A stretch of DNA of 64,000 bases from Lama guanicoe (Eukaryota), in NCBI GenBank assembly GCA_013239625.1, contig MU054338.1, positions 5,122,724-5,186,723 on the forward strand. Direction: 5' to 3'. Both the position numbers and the translations under genes were made by a program. The stretch's first letter is position 1; every line of letters starts with the position of its first letter. Below are positions 52,973-64,000 of the stretch, in pieces. The notes beneath the pieces are model-generated. The model made no database searches, was not told the origin of the DNA, and saw only the letters and a list, made by a program, of their open reading frames with translations.

Positions 52973-53190
52973 CTCGGGCTCCGGCCTCCCGCCGCTCCAC
53001 GCTGGGTAGCCTGGGGTGGGGCTGGGTGGGAGCTCAGCGGTGGGCCGCGAGCGAAGGGCAAGCGAGGGGAGTGGGCGGCGGCGCGGGGAAGCGGGCCCGC
53101 CCCTCGGCTGCGGGCAAGGGAGAAGGGAAGGCGCTGGATGCAGACCCGGGAGGCGGAGGCGGGAGCGCGCCGAGTAGAGGGGAGCGCGCG
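52973..53190 (-). other. PRR36: PRR36 candidate non-coding first exon within a CpG-island promoter (start approximate)
   Basis: Minus-strand donor GAG|GTGAGC at 52972; CpG island about 52780-53230. Confidence 0.55.
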
Positions 53191-53879
53191 TAGGAGGGAG
53201 GGGTGGCTTCTCTGAGGCTGCGCCTAAGGACCCCAGGCACCCAAACAGAGGAGCTTTAGGGGAAATCCCTTGAGGTCCCCGACCTGGCCTAAGCTTCCTC
53301 CCCACCTCCTGCCACAGACCCACACCTGCCGGGGCCCCCACCCCAACCACCTGGCAACCAAGGCCCGCCTGGACGCAGATAGGCTGAGCCTTGGCAACCA
53401 GGGGGCTGGACCATCGCGTCTTGTGCCCAATCAACCAATCTGGCCGGTCGGTGTCCCTGGCCCTGTCCTTGCCTTTGCGACCGCGGAGGCGGACCCCCTC
53501 AGAGTTCTCGGAGGGGAGAACTAAAACCTAAAACCTAAAAGCTTTTCACAGACCCCCGGAAACCCCCTGCCTGGTTGGAGTACGGGCAGTGGTGGGAGAA
53601 TGCAGTCCTGGAAATGCAGGGGTAGACCCCCGGTTTGGGGGAAGAGAGGAAGAAAGGAAGGATGAGAGGGAGAGAGATCACCTTATCGTGAGAGACGACC
53701 CAGCCTTCTGCAAGGCAGAGCACCCCCACTCTCCACACCCTCCCAAGTCACATGAAGTCAAGTCAGCAAAGGCTTTCTGGGAGAGCTGGGCTTTGGAGAG
53801 GGGATAAGATTATGGGAGGGGGCGGTTCTGAGCGTGTAAAAACGTGGCTGATGGGGGAGAAGGACTGTTGAACCACCCA

Positions 53880-54365
53880 TTGTAGTCTCTCTGATTCCTG
53901 ACCTTCAGAAACTATGTGAGACAATAAATGCTTGTTGTCTTAAGCTGCTAGGTTTGGGGGTAGTTTGTTACACAGCAGCAGATAACTACCTTAGGCTCAC
54001 AGAACCTTAAAAATTGGGTATTAAATATCAAGTGTTGGTGAGAATGTGGAGAAACTGGAATGAACTTTTGATGGAAATGTAAAATGGTGCAGCCACTGTG
54101 TTTCCACTTATATGAGGTCCCTAGAGGGCTGGAATTCATAAAGATGGATGGTCCAATGGTGGGTGTCAGAGCGAGAGAGAGGGACGGGGAATTTGTGTTT
54201 AGTGGGGACAGAGTTTCAGTTATGCAAAATGAAAAAAGTTCTGGAGATAGATGGTGGTGATGGTTGCACAACACTGTGAATGTATTACTGCCACTGAGAT
54301 GTGCACCTAAAAATGGTTAAGATGGCAAATTCTGTGTTTCATGTGTGTTTTACCACAATTGTTTA
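53880..54365 (+). mobile_element. MLT1 3' end (53880-53990) followed by an L1MB-like 3' fragment
   Basis: CAGAAACTATGTGAGACAATAAATG...GTTACACAGCAGCAGATAACT; GGGGACAGAGTTTCAGTT...GTTCTGGAGATAGATGGTGGTGATGGTTGCACAACA. Confidence 0.75.
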
Positions 54366-54509
54366 AAAGCCTGGATAGTACCAATGTATGAAAACTCACA
54401 AACTGCCAATGGAATGTAAAGTGGACAGTCTGTAGAACAATTGAAAAGCGTTGTACGTGTGTCAGACGACCCAGACATTGCACTCAAATGTCTACACCTG
54501 AGGCAGGTG

Positions 54510-54920
54510 CCCTATAGCCTCCCCTGTATTCCCTGAATACCTACAGTCCCCACATGCAGGGAAAGTCAGAAGTTCCTGGGAGTTAATGTTCCCTCCATCC
54601 CCTTCTCCAGAGCATCCTTCAGCCATGACAGACAGGAGCTGGTGCATCAATGCTTCAACTCCCTCGCCTCTGGAGTGGGACAACTTGGAGGTGTGTCTTC
54701 CACCATCTCCCAGAGCTCTCCAGCACAGTGGAGCCCCAGGCCCCCACATTGGTAACCTGCTCATTCACTCCCATTGATGCACTCTTATTAACTTTTACTG
54801 GCTTCCTTACCTTCCCCATTGCCTTATCATTAATATTTCCTGAGATCACCTTCTAGAGAAACTATTTGCCTCCGATTCCTCACCTCAGTGTCTGCATCTA
54901 GAAGAGCCCAAACTTAGACA
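54510..54920 (+). mobile_element. LTR16-like ERVL LTR
   Basis: GGGAGTTAATG...TCAGTGTCTGCATCTAGAAGAGCCCAAACTTAGACA terminus. Confidence 0.6.
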
Positions 54921-56149
54921 ACACCTCAAGCATCCATCCATCATTTACTGAATGCCCACTGTGTGCCAGGCACCAACCCAAGGGCTTGGGGACATGGTGA
55001 GGAGCAGAAGAGACATGTGACTGGGGCTCAGGGGGCTTTGATTCCTGTGGCCTCAGAGACTCTTGCACAAGTGGACAAAGTGGTGTGTAACAGGACACTC
55101 AGCCCAGCATAAAGCTGGAAACAAAACCAGGAGTTTCTCCCAAGGCTAGAAAAAGAGAAAGAAAATATTTGTCTAAAAATGTCCTGGGCCTTACTACCAC
55201 TTCATTTCACCTCACTTTGTTATATACTGTCACACTTGACACAAACTGACATTATCTTGTTCCTTTATTTGTTTGCATTCTTATCATCTGTCTCCTGAGC
55301 ATGCACACACAGTCCCAACTAGAGCAGATGCTCTGAGAGAGAAGGTGGTTCTGCTTATCTTGTCCACACAATGAAGTTTTATCTTTGGGCTGCCTGTGGT
55401 CGAACCCACAGGGATTTCTCCAAGGGCCATGCCCATTGCAGGGTTTCACAGAGAAGCCTAAGTTCAGGGGGTCCCAGCCCTCAAGGTTCAGACTGCCTCT
55501 GATCTGGTGAACTCCTGGGTTTCTTTTCCCCCTGGGAGAGGGGGTCTCACTCACCCGACCTGGTCCATGTCCCCTCTCCCTTGAGTTTTGCAGGCAGAGC
55601 AGATCAAGGTCAAAAACGGCTTGTCTAAGACCCAGCCCAGGCCTCTGAGGGTGGGGAGGAAATCGTGGGGGTGGGGAGGCAGTCTCACTTTCAGAAGCCG
55701 GCCTCCCAGACTGGACTCTAGCCCCAGCTCACCAAGCCCTCTGACCTCTGAGCCCACCCTCGACCAGGACCTGGGAGCAGCTTGCTCCCTCTCCTCCCCC
55801 ATTGGAGGGCTGGGCAGGGTCAGCCCCTACTCTGCCCAGCTTCCCCTGGGCCCTGGTCACTGGTTCCTTGATTGAGCCTTGAGGCCAGGTGGCTCTGCAC
55901 CTGGAGGTGAAGGGAGGAGGAGGACTTTCACGCGTTCTTGACAGGATCGATACAGCCTGGCTCCCAGAAGGGTGCCCATAGGTTAGTTTTGGGAACCCAG
56001 CGCCTCCAGCCCCCCTCAGTTTCCACACCCCTCCCCACACCAGGTCCGCCCCACTGCAGCACAGCCCAGAGTTCTAAGGCCCTCGGCTCCTCTGACCAGC
56101 CCCTTGCTCACTTCGGGGACATCAGGATGAGGATCGTCCTCCCCGCCAC

Positions 56150-56303
56150 GATCCCGCAGTGCCAGGAGTCGGGGGCGACCTGGGAGCGCCCTAAGGGAGG
56201 TGGGGCCGAGACGCCCGGTGGGCGGGGCGGGACGGCTCCCGCCTCCTGTTCCTCCCCCCCTCCCGCAGGACACAACAGTTGGAACCAGCATCCGGCCTGT
56301 GCG
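56150..56303 (+). promoter_or_regulatory. LRRC8E: LRRC8E candidate promoter and short non-coding first exon
   Basis: Local CpG enrichment, tandem GGGCGG boxes near 56219-56231, donor GCG|GTGAGT at 56304. Confidence 0.6.
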
Positions 56304-58092
56304 GTGAGTGGGTGACTCTCCGCCCCTGGGGACCGGGCTTGTGGGGTGAGGATCTGACCGACGGGAGGTCGGCCCCAGGTGCGGCTGGCACTGTGACCTG
56401 AGCCCAATGCCTGCCTCCAGGGCACACAAGGAGCCAGGGAAGGGTGGAGGGGTGGAAGTGGGGACACGGGCAGAGAGAGGCCCGGTTCTGGCCAGCCCAA
56501 GGGCGCCTGTCCAGGGAGCCCAGCAGGCCTGGCCAAGGACGGAGTGAAGATCAACAGGTTGGGGTCCACTCTGGGAGTCTTCACCATGTTTTTTCCCTCT
56601 CCTCCGCTGCTGCTAACTCATCCCTGTGAGCCCTTCAACTCTGCAGACTCCTACCACGTGGGGGCCTCACCAGGCTGTCCCTTCTGAGACTTGACTCCCC
56701 CGTCTGACTCCGGACCCCTAAGCCCTGGCAGGGCAGCTTGGAAAACTACTAGGTTGTAAGTCCCCAGGCCTGGGTCCCAGAACAGGATCTGTGACTACTG
56801 GGCCACCCTCCCCAACCCAGGCCACAGTTTCTCCCTTGTGTAAAAGTCAAAAGTTGGACCTTGTGCCCTCCAAGGACAGTTGCAGGGCTGACAAATGTCA
56901 CTGTTTCTTCTTTGTCCCTTAGCATGGCCTGTGGGTGGGGACGGGGCGGGGAGGGGGTGGCTAGACCAGGAGCACCCACCACCGCCGCCGCCTGTGTGTC
57001 TGGAGGCTAGCTGGGGACTGGGGGAGGGCCTGAGAGAGAAGCAGCAAGTGGAGGCATGGGTGGGTGGAGCTAAGGCTGAGTAGGGGCCTGTGCCCGGTCT
57101 CAGTCTGACAAAGACACCCCGGCCTGGTGTGCAGAGCAGCCATCCCCCACACCATCTCTTGTCTGCCGGAAGGAACCCCTTTATGAGGTTCTTTTGGCAA
57201 AGATGCTTCATCTCAGCCACACGTTTTCACTCAGCATGGAACAGCACAGGCAATCAGACAGAGGGGACTTGGGGGTCCCATCTCAGATGTCACTTGTAGC
57301 TGTAATATCTTCAATAGGTTATTTTACTACCCCAAGTCTGGAGAAAGAGTGTCCCTACATCCCAGGGATAAAATGAGGCACTGAGGGTCTAGTGGCTGTA
57401 AGTTAAGTTCTCTGTCTCCATGCCCCCATGAACCCTTCTCCCTGAGCCCTCCCACCAGCCCTGTTTAGACAAAGGGGGGTCAGCCTGTGTCTGCGGAAGC
57501 TTAATGGTAGGTTTGGGATGACCGAGACTGAGTCACGGAGACAGATAATGATAACCCCATGTCTGCCTCTGATGCTCTTGTGTATACACCTTGTTCCAAG
57601 GGAGACTCTAGGCCATCCGCTGGGGACCCTGGGTGTCTCTGCTTTCTTGTCTTTAATTGTGGACCCAGGATGGTCAGTGGCAGACCTTCCTCCATTTCGA
57701 GATGGGTCCTGATGGGTGGCAGGGACTCAGAGGCCTGAAGAAGTTGGTCCCTGCCCATCTGTCTGGCAATTCTGCCACAGCCCCAGAGTTACCATTCTGC
57801 AGTTAAGCAGTGGAGCAGCATCCCTTGAAGGGACAGGTAGCCAGAAGTGGAAGGGGGCATATGGCTGGCTCCTTGGTCCTGGGTCTCCCCTCAGCTCAGT
57901 GTGTCCTTGCACTTCATACACAGACAGACACTGATATGCATGCTCTAGAACGCCCCCATGTGTCCGTTTTGGTGGCTGCAATTTGGCCCCTGAGGGCTGC
58001 TGAGCTGCCCTGGGTGTATTTCTTCCAGATTCCCCAGTGCCTAAGACTGTGATGCACTGGGCATCTTTACTCTCCTTGTTGGTTAGGACAAT

Positions 58093-58185
58093 CTCTTTTT
58101 TTTAATGGAGGTACTGGGGACTGGACCTAGGATCTCATGCACACTGAGCATGCACTCTAACACTGAGTTATGCTCTCCTACCCCT
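58093..58185 (-). mobile_element. Short Vic-1-like SINE in LRRC8E intron 1
   Basis: ATGGAGGTACTGGGG...GCATGCACTCTAACACTGAGTTA; GTTAGGACA / TTTAGGACA flanks. Confidence 0.8.
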
Positions 58186-59770
58186 TGTTTAGGACAGGAC
58201 AAGAAACAGCATGAGGGATGGGCCACTGGGTGAGGAGTCCTGTGCTGTCTGTGTACCCCCTTGCGTGAGCCTGGTGATGGATGAGTCAGGGCTTGAGTCG
58301 GGGCCCCAGGTATACAGGGTGTGTGCAGGTGTGTCCCTGTCCCTTGCATGCCATCCCTGGGACAGAGGTGGGAGCCTCTGATGGGATTAAGGGGTGTGGT
58401 GGACTGTCTGCTCTCATCCTGGTGGGTGGGGCCTACATCCTATATTCCTGCCCACCCCTACCTTGTCCTCACTCAGGAGTAGCCCCTAAGGCCTTCAAGG
58501 GTTATGGGGACCAAAAGAGAGGCATAGAGGTGTCAGAGCAATTGGCTGAGGTGTGGGACATGGGCCAGGTTCCCCCCCAGGAGATGGGTGGGAGGCTGGA
58601 GGACCCACTGGTGGCCCAGATACCTCCCTTCCTTGGCCAGTGCGTGCCCAGTGACAGGCTGTCAGGGTGAGGACAGCAGGCTGTGTGAGAAAACTGCATA
58701 TTGGAGAGCATGGATGCTGGGAGGGACGGACCGGCCTAGGAGCCTCCTCGGAGACAGTGGGGGCCTCGCTGCCTCCTTCTCCTTCCCCCTCCAGTCTCAG
58801 GGAGAGAGAATGAGGCTCCCCACCTGCCTGCCTGGGAGGATGACGTCCCAGCACATGGCCCACGCCCCTATGTGACTTGTGCCTGGCTGTCTGTATCTGG
58901 AATAATGATACCTTGGTCTAAAATGAAACCCAGGGACAGACAGAGTGGGCCGGCCGCCCAGGAGCCTGGCAGCCCAGCCCTGTCCCAGTCCTAGGTGTCA
59001 CCCTGGCTCTTCCCCTGAGAGTTTTCCACTTCCTGCTCCTCTGCCCCTCGGCCCATCCTAGCACTCTCCTGCCCTGCCTCTCAGAGCCCAGGTCTCGGTT
59101 TTCTGCCTCAGATTCTGGACACTAGCCCCTCTAGAAATCCAGGTGTCCCAGTCACTGTCACCACCCCCGAGGGCTGACCGGCCTTCAGCTTCTCCACTCC
59201 CTGCCCCTGGGGCCCGTAACCAGAGCCAGGCTCCAGCCGGCTTTTCCGGTTGGAGGTTGGAGGTGGTGCCCAGAGCGCCCCTGAAGGGGGTGGGGGGGCC
59301 CCACGCCCCGGAAGTCCTGAGCCTCGGGACTCTCTCTGGGCCTGTGGTGGAGGGAGCCTGGGCTGGCCGCCTGACTACTGGGTGTCTGGAGTCAGAGAAG
59401 CAGAGCCAGTGTTTCGGGATTGGCGTCAAGAGTGGGAGGAGATGCCTGGGTTCCGGGCGAAGGCCACACGGGCAAGCTGTGGGGCAGGGGCCCCGTAGAC
59501 TGCCCCTCCTGAGCTCTGAGAGGGCAAGCAGGGGTCCCAGGAAGCAGAGGAGGTGAGGCCCGCAGTCGCTGGCCTCCCGGAGGTCTGGTGGGGGGCGGGG
59601 AGGGTACGGGAGCACGCAGCTTGTGGGTTCTGCCAGATTTGGGCAGGGTGGAGCGCGGACTGGGAGCAGAGGACTGTGTCTGGCTCTTCTGAGGACCCAG
59701 CACCAGGCGCCCCCTTCTGAGGGTCTCTCCCGCTGCTTCCTGCTCTCCCACAGGCGCTCCCGTAGACGGG

Positions 59771-59908
59771 ATGATTCCCGTGGCAGAGTTCAAGCAGTTC
59801 ACGGAGCAGCAGCCCGCCTTCAAGGTGCTCAAACCCTGGTGGGACGTGCTGGCCGAGTACCTCACGGTGGCTATGCTCATGATCGGGGTCTTCGGCTGCA
59901 CCCTCCAG
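59771..59908 (+). CDS. LRRC8E: LRRC8E first coding exon (N-terminus and TM1)
   Basis: Acceptor cgtag at 59765 (alternative cacag at 59753); ends ...GCTLQ where the next exon resumes [10 protein letters not shown]. Confidence 0.9.
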
Positions 59909-62766
59909 GGAAGGGGCGGGGCGGGGTCTCCAGGGGGCGGGGCTTGGGTTCCGGAAGTCTTCCCCATTATGGTCTCACAGTTGTACAGACTGGATGTCTG
60001 AACTCTTAAGTGTTGACAGGAGAGGCAGGCGAATGTGCTCCATGCCTCTCTTCTAGATTCTGGTGGCCTCTGGTATTCCTTGGTTTATAAATGACATTCT
60101 CATTGTATCTTCAGAGCCTTTTCCCTGTGTGTGTGTGTCCGTGCGTCTGTGTCTCTATGTCCAAATTTCTACCTTTCATAAGGACAAAGTCCTATTGGGT
60201 TAGGTCCCACCCCAACGACCTCACCTTAACTTGATTACATCTGCTCTACAAAGGCTATTTCCAAACAAGGCCACATTCACAGGTATTGGGGGTTAGGACT
60301 TCAACATCTTTTCCAGGGACACAGTTAACCTGGCTCTTTTTTTCAGATAAAGTCTGATGCTCAGAGCTTTATTGACTCCTCCAAAGTCACAGCCAGCTGG
60401 GGACAGTTGGGGACTGATCGGGGCCACTTCTGCCTTCAGCCTGCTTCCTCCCCTCCACCCTGCTGCAACTTCCTGGGCCACCCAGCCTCTTCACCCTCTT
60501 TTGGCCTCTCCCCCATCCCCAGGTGACCCAGGACAAGATCATCTGTCTGCCCAGTCACGAACCCCGGGAGAACTTATCGGAGGCCCCATGCCAGCAACTG
60601 CTGCCTCGGGGGGTCTCGGAGCAGATGGGGGATCTCCGGGAGGTGAGCGGCCTCAAGAACAACCTGGACCTGCAGCAGTACAGCTTCATTAACCAGCTCT
60701 GCTATGAGACGGCCCTACACTGGTATGCCAAGTACTTCCCCTACCTGGTCGTCATCCACACGCTCATCTTCATGGTCTGCACCAGTTTCTGGTTCAAATT
60801 CCCTGGCACCAGCTCCAAGATTGAGCACTTCATCTCTATCCTGGGCAAGTGTTTCGACTCACCGTGGACCACGCGGGCCCTGTCTGAGGTCTCTGGGGAG
60901 AACCACAAGGGCCCCACCGCTGGGCGGGCAATGGTGACCGTGGCAGCTGCTGCCGGGCCGGGGAAGGCTGGTGAGGGTGAGAAGGAGAAGGTGCTGGTGG
61001 AGCCCGAGAAGGTGGTGACTGAGCCACCAGCTGTCACCCTGCTGGACAAGAAGGAGGGTGAGCAGGCCAAAGCCCTGTTCGAGAAAGTCAAGAAATTCCG
61101 CGTGCATGTGGAAGAGGGGGACATCTTGTACACCATGTACATCCGGCAGATGGTGCTCAAGGTCTGCAAGTTCTTTGCCATCCTGGTCTACAACCTTGTC
61201 TACGTGGAGAAGATCAGCTTCCTGGTGGCCTGCAGGGTGGAGACCTCAGAGGTCACGGGCTACGCCAGCTTCTGCTGTAACCATACCAAAGCCCACCTCT
61301 TCTCCAAGCTGGCTTTCTGCTACATCTCCTTCGTGTGCGTCTATGGCATCACCTGCCTCTACACGCTCTACTGGCTTTTCCACCGGCCCCTCAAGGAGTA
61401 CTCCTTCCGGTCTGTGCGGGAGGAGACGGGCATGGGGGACATCCCCGACGTCAAGAACGACTTTGCCTTCATGCTGCACCTCATTGACCAGTACGACTCG
61501 CTTTACTCGAAGCGCTTTGCTGTCTTCCTCTCTGAGGTCAGCGAAAGCCGCCTGAAACAGCTCAACCTCAACCACGAGTGGACAGCTGAGAAACTGCGGC
61601 AGAAACTGCAGCGCAACGCCCGGGGCCGGCTGGAGCTGGCCCTCTGCATGCTCCCGGGACTGCCTGACACGGTCTTCGAGCTCAGCGAGCTGGAGGCACT
61701 GCGGCTGGAGGCCATCTGCGACATCACCTTCCCCCCGGGCCTCTCGCAGCTGGTGCACCTGCAGGAGCTTAGCCTGCTCCACTCACCTGCCAGGCTGCCC
61801 TTCTCCTCCCAGGTCTTCCTGCGGGACCGCCTGAAAGTCATCCGGGTCAAGTGCGAGGAGCTCCGCGAGGTGCCCCTCTGGGTGTTCGGACTGCGGGGCC
61901 TGGACGAGCTGCATTTGGAGGGGCTCTTTCCCCCGGAGCTGGCCCGGGCGGCGACCCTCGAAAGCCTCCGGGAGCTGAAGCAGCTGAAGGTGCTGTCTCT
62001 GCGGAGCAACGCCGGTAAGGTGCCAGCCAGCGTGACCGACGTGGCTGGGCACCTGCAACGGCTCAGCCTGCACAATGACGGGGCCCGCCTGCTGGCACTG
62101 AACAGCCTCAAGAAGCTGGTGGTGCTTCGGGAGCTGGAGCTGGTGGCCTGTGGGCTGGAGCGCATCCCCCACGCCGTCTTCAGTCTGGGCGCACTGCAGG
62201 AACTCGATCTCAAGGACAACCACCTGCGGTCCATCGAGGAGATCCTCAGTTTCCAGCACTGCCGCAAGCTGGTCACGCTCCGGCTGTGGCACAACCAGAT
62301 TGCCTATGTCCCCGAGCACGTGAGGAAGCTCCGGGGCCTCGAACAGCTCTATCTCAACCACAACAAGCTGGAGACCCTACCCCCGCAGCTAGGCATGTGC
62401 TCCGGTCTCCGCCTGCTGGACGTCTCCCACAATGGGCTGCGCTCCCTGCCGGCCGAGCTGGGCCTCCTCCAGAACCTGCAGCACCTGGCTCTCTCCTACA
62501 ACGCCCTGGAGTTCCTGCCCGATGAGCTCTTCTCCTGCCGCAAGCTGCGGACATTGCTCCTTGGATACAACCACCTGCGCCAGCTCTCGCCCCAGGTGGG
62601 GGCCCTCAGGGCCCTCAGCCGCCTAGAACTCAAGGGCAACCAGCTAGAGGCACTGCCCGAAGAACTCGGCCACTGTGGAGGGCTCAAGAAGGCAGGGATA
62701 CTGGTGGAGGACACCCTTTATGAGGGGCTGCCGGCAGAGGTGCGGGACAGGATGGAGGTGGATTGA
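59771..62766 (+). CDS. LRRC8E: Volume-regulated anion channel subunit LRRC8E (pannexin-like TM domain plus leucine-rich repeats); intron donor non-canonical in this sequence
   Basis: join(59771-59908, 60523-62766) = 46 + 747 = 793 aa. [10 protein letters not shown]...[28 protein letters not shown] and a long LRR array; no frameshift or internal stop. Donor reads GG at 59909-59910. Confidence 0.93.
60040..60330 (-). mobile_element. MLT1B/C-like LTR fragment in LRRC8E intron 2
   Basis: ACCTCACCTTAACTTGATTACATCTGC...CTATTTCCAAACAAGGCCACATTCACAGGT. Confidence 0.7.
60523..62766 (+). CDS. LRRC8E: LRRC8E second coding exon (TM2-4 and LRRs)
   Basis: Polypyrimidine tract plus cag at 60522; 747 codons to TGA. 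Confidence 0.97.
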   Translation: MTQDKIICLPSHEPRENLSEAPCQQLLPRGVSEQMGDLREVSGLKNNLDLQQYSFINQLCYETALHWYAKYFPYLVVIHTLIFMVCTSFWFKFPGTSSKIEHFISILGKCFDSPWTTRALSEVSGENHKGPTAGRAMVTVAAAAGPGKAGEGEKEKVLVEPEKVVTEPPAVTLLDKKEGEQAKALFEKVKKFRVHVEEGDILYTMYIRQMVLKVCKFFAILVYNLVYVEKISFLVACRVETSEVTGYASFCCNHTKAHLFSKLAFCYISFVCVYGITCLYTLYWLFHRPLKEYSFRSVREETGMGDIPDVKNDFAFMLHLIDQYDSLYSKRFAVFLSEVSESRLKQLNLNHEWTAEKLRQKLQRNARGRLELALCMLPGLPDTVFELSELEALRLEAICDITFPPGLSQLVHLQELSLLHSPARLPFSSQVFLRDRLKVIRVKCEELREVPLWVFGLRGLDELHLEGLFPPELARAATLESLRELKQLKVLSLRSNAGKVPASVTDVAGHLQRLSLHNDGARLLALNSLKKLVVLRELELVACGLERIPHAVFSLGALQELDLKDNHLRSIEEILSFQHCRKLVTLRLWHNQIAYVPEHVRKLRGLEQLYLNHNKLETLPPQLGMCSGLRLLDVSHNGLRSLPAELGLLQNLQHLALSYNALEFLPDELFSCRKLRTLLLGYNHLRQLSPQVGALRALSRLELKGNQLEALPEELGHCGGLKKAGILVEDTLYEGLPAEVRDRMEVD

Positions 62767-63249
62767 AGCCAGGAGGGGCAGGTGGAGATAGAGGCCTTCC
62801 GGATGCTACCTCATCTCCAAGGGAGGTGGCCAAGTGGGTTCAGGTCAGGAGACGGGGAGCAGACATATCAGGCTGCTGGGGCCTAGGCAAGATCCCGGGA
62901 CTGGTTTGTCTGGGGAGAGATGGGAGGCCATGGATTTGGGGTTGAGCAGAATGGAGGGATTAACTCAGTCATCAGATTCTCAGACCAAAACCACACCTGT
63001 GTCTTTGGCTGGCTGGCTTGCTCCCAGCCCTGGGCCAGAACTCCTGCCCTCCCCCGTCTAATTCAAACAGTACCACGTATGGGGGGGTGGGCACATCCCA
63101 ATGGGATTTCAATCCTCTCCCCTGACCAGAACAGCTTATATCTGGAGTTCTCTCCCAAGGAGGGGACACAGACGTAAGGGACTGGCTCCTCCTACCCCTA
63201 ACTTTGATGCTAATCTCCTATTTATGAGTTGTTTGCCACAGACATGTGA

Positions 63250-63680
63250 ATTCAGAAAAATGGTTCTCATATTTGGCAATTCCTCAAAATCAACATCCCC
63301 CAAACAAAACATTCCAGGCCCCACCCCTGAAAGACTGACTCAGGAGGCTTGGCTGGAGGTCAGGAACTTGTCTGTAAATATAAGCATCCCAGGTAATTCT
63401 GATGCAGGTGGTTCCAGGCCTGTATGTTGAGAAGTGTTGGCCTACAGAGCAGATATCTGGGTGTCTAGATTAGGGATTCTGAACTTCTTTTTTGGTCCCT
63501 AGACCCTTTGAGAAATCTGATAAAAGGTGGGCATCTCCTTCCTCAGGAAAATGCTCATGAACACATGCATGAAAAGTTCTGCAAACAACTTCAGGCATTT
63601 TAACAGATTCCTCCAGAACCCCCAGAGGGCTAGTCAGGGACACCCTAAGGATTGTGGACCCCAGGTTAAGAACACCTGCT
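63250..63680. mobile_element. hAT-Charlie MITE remnants (MER5-like plus a second element) in the LRRC8E 3'UTR
   Basis: CCAGGCCCCACCCC...CCCAGGTAATTCTGATGCA; GACCCCAGGTTAAGAAC terminus. Confidence 0.55.
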
Positions 63681-63766
63681 GTGGAAGGTACATTTTTCTA
63701 AGGACAGGCAGGGACTTTGTCTTTCAAATGTTCCCCATGTGAGGAAGTGTACATCAGTGAGCGCTC

Positions 63767-63772
63767 AATAAA
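63767..63772 (+). terminator. Candidate LRRC8E polyadenylation signal
   Basis: AATAAA about 1.0 kb after the stop; the first I found downstream of it. Confidence 0.55.
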
Positions 63773-64000
63773 TAATACTATGAGAACTGTAATTCTGATC
63801 TCTTGTGTCCACTCCTCACATTGTCTAAGCTTTTGATTTCACCAAACCAAAACGCAGCAAGTGGCAAGTCACGTGACAGGGTCAAGGGTACATATGAGTC
63901 TCTGACCGTGAGCAGAGGCAGAAAAAGACCTCAGCCAACCAGGAGAAATTAGGTAGCATCATAACTTTTCCTAGAGAACTGCTCTTCCTCTGCTTTCCCT

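Noticed and set aside
61246..62361. Long antisense ORFs over LRRC8E
   Set aside because: Expected from high third-position GC in the sense CDS.

Overview
Mammalian genomic DNA, probably camelid (at least seven Vic-1-type tRNA-Ala-derived SINE copies), syntenic with human 19p13.2. Bases 1 to about 15,500 are an AT-richer, repeat-dense intergenic block (L1, MLT1, Tigger1, MER58, MER21, SINEs). The rest is GC-rich and holds three complete genes reconstructed exon by exon: EVI5L (+; TBC Rab-GAP and coiled coil; 794 aa, or 805 aa with a 33-nt cassette exon), PRR36 (-; 958 aa, tandem Pro-rich repeats) and LRRC8E (+; volume-regulated anion channel subunit; 793 aa if spliced normally). I see no new multi-gene system. 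The strongest anomaly is that the only coding intron of LRRC8E starts GG instead of GT (CAG|GGAAGG at 59909) although both coding exons are intact. Secondary candidates are a regulatory cluster around the EVI5L cassette exon, an orphan CpG-rich element with two CRE palindromes near 7.8-8.4 kb, and uORFs in the EVI5L leader. Gene identities and repeat family names come from recall, not from database searches; repeat boundaries are approximate.
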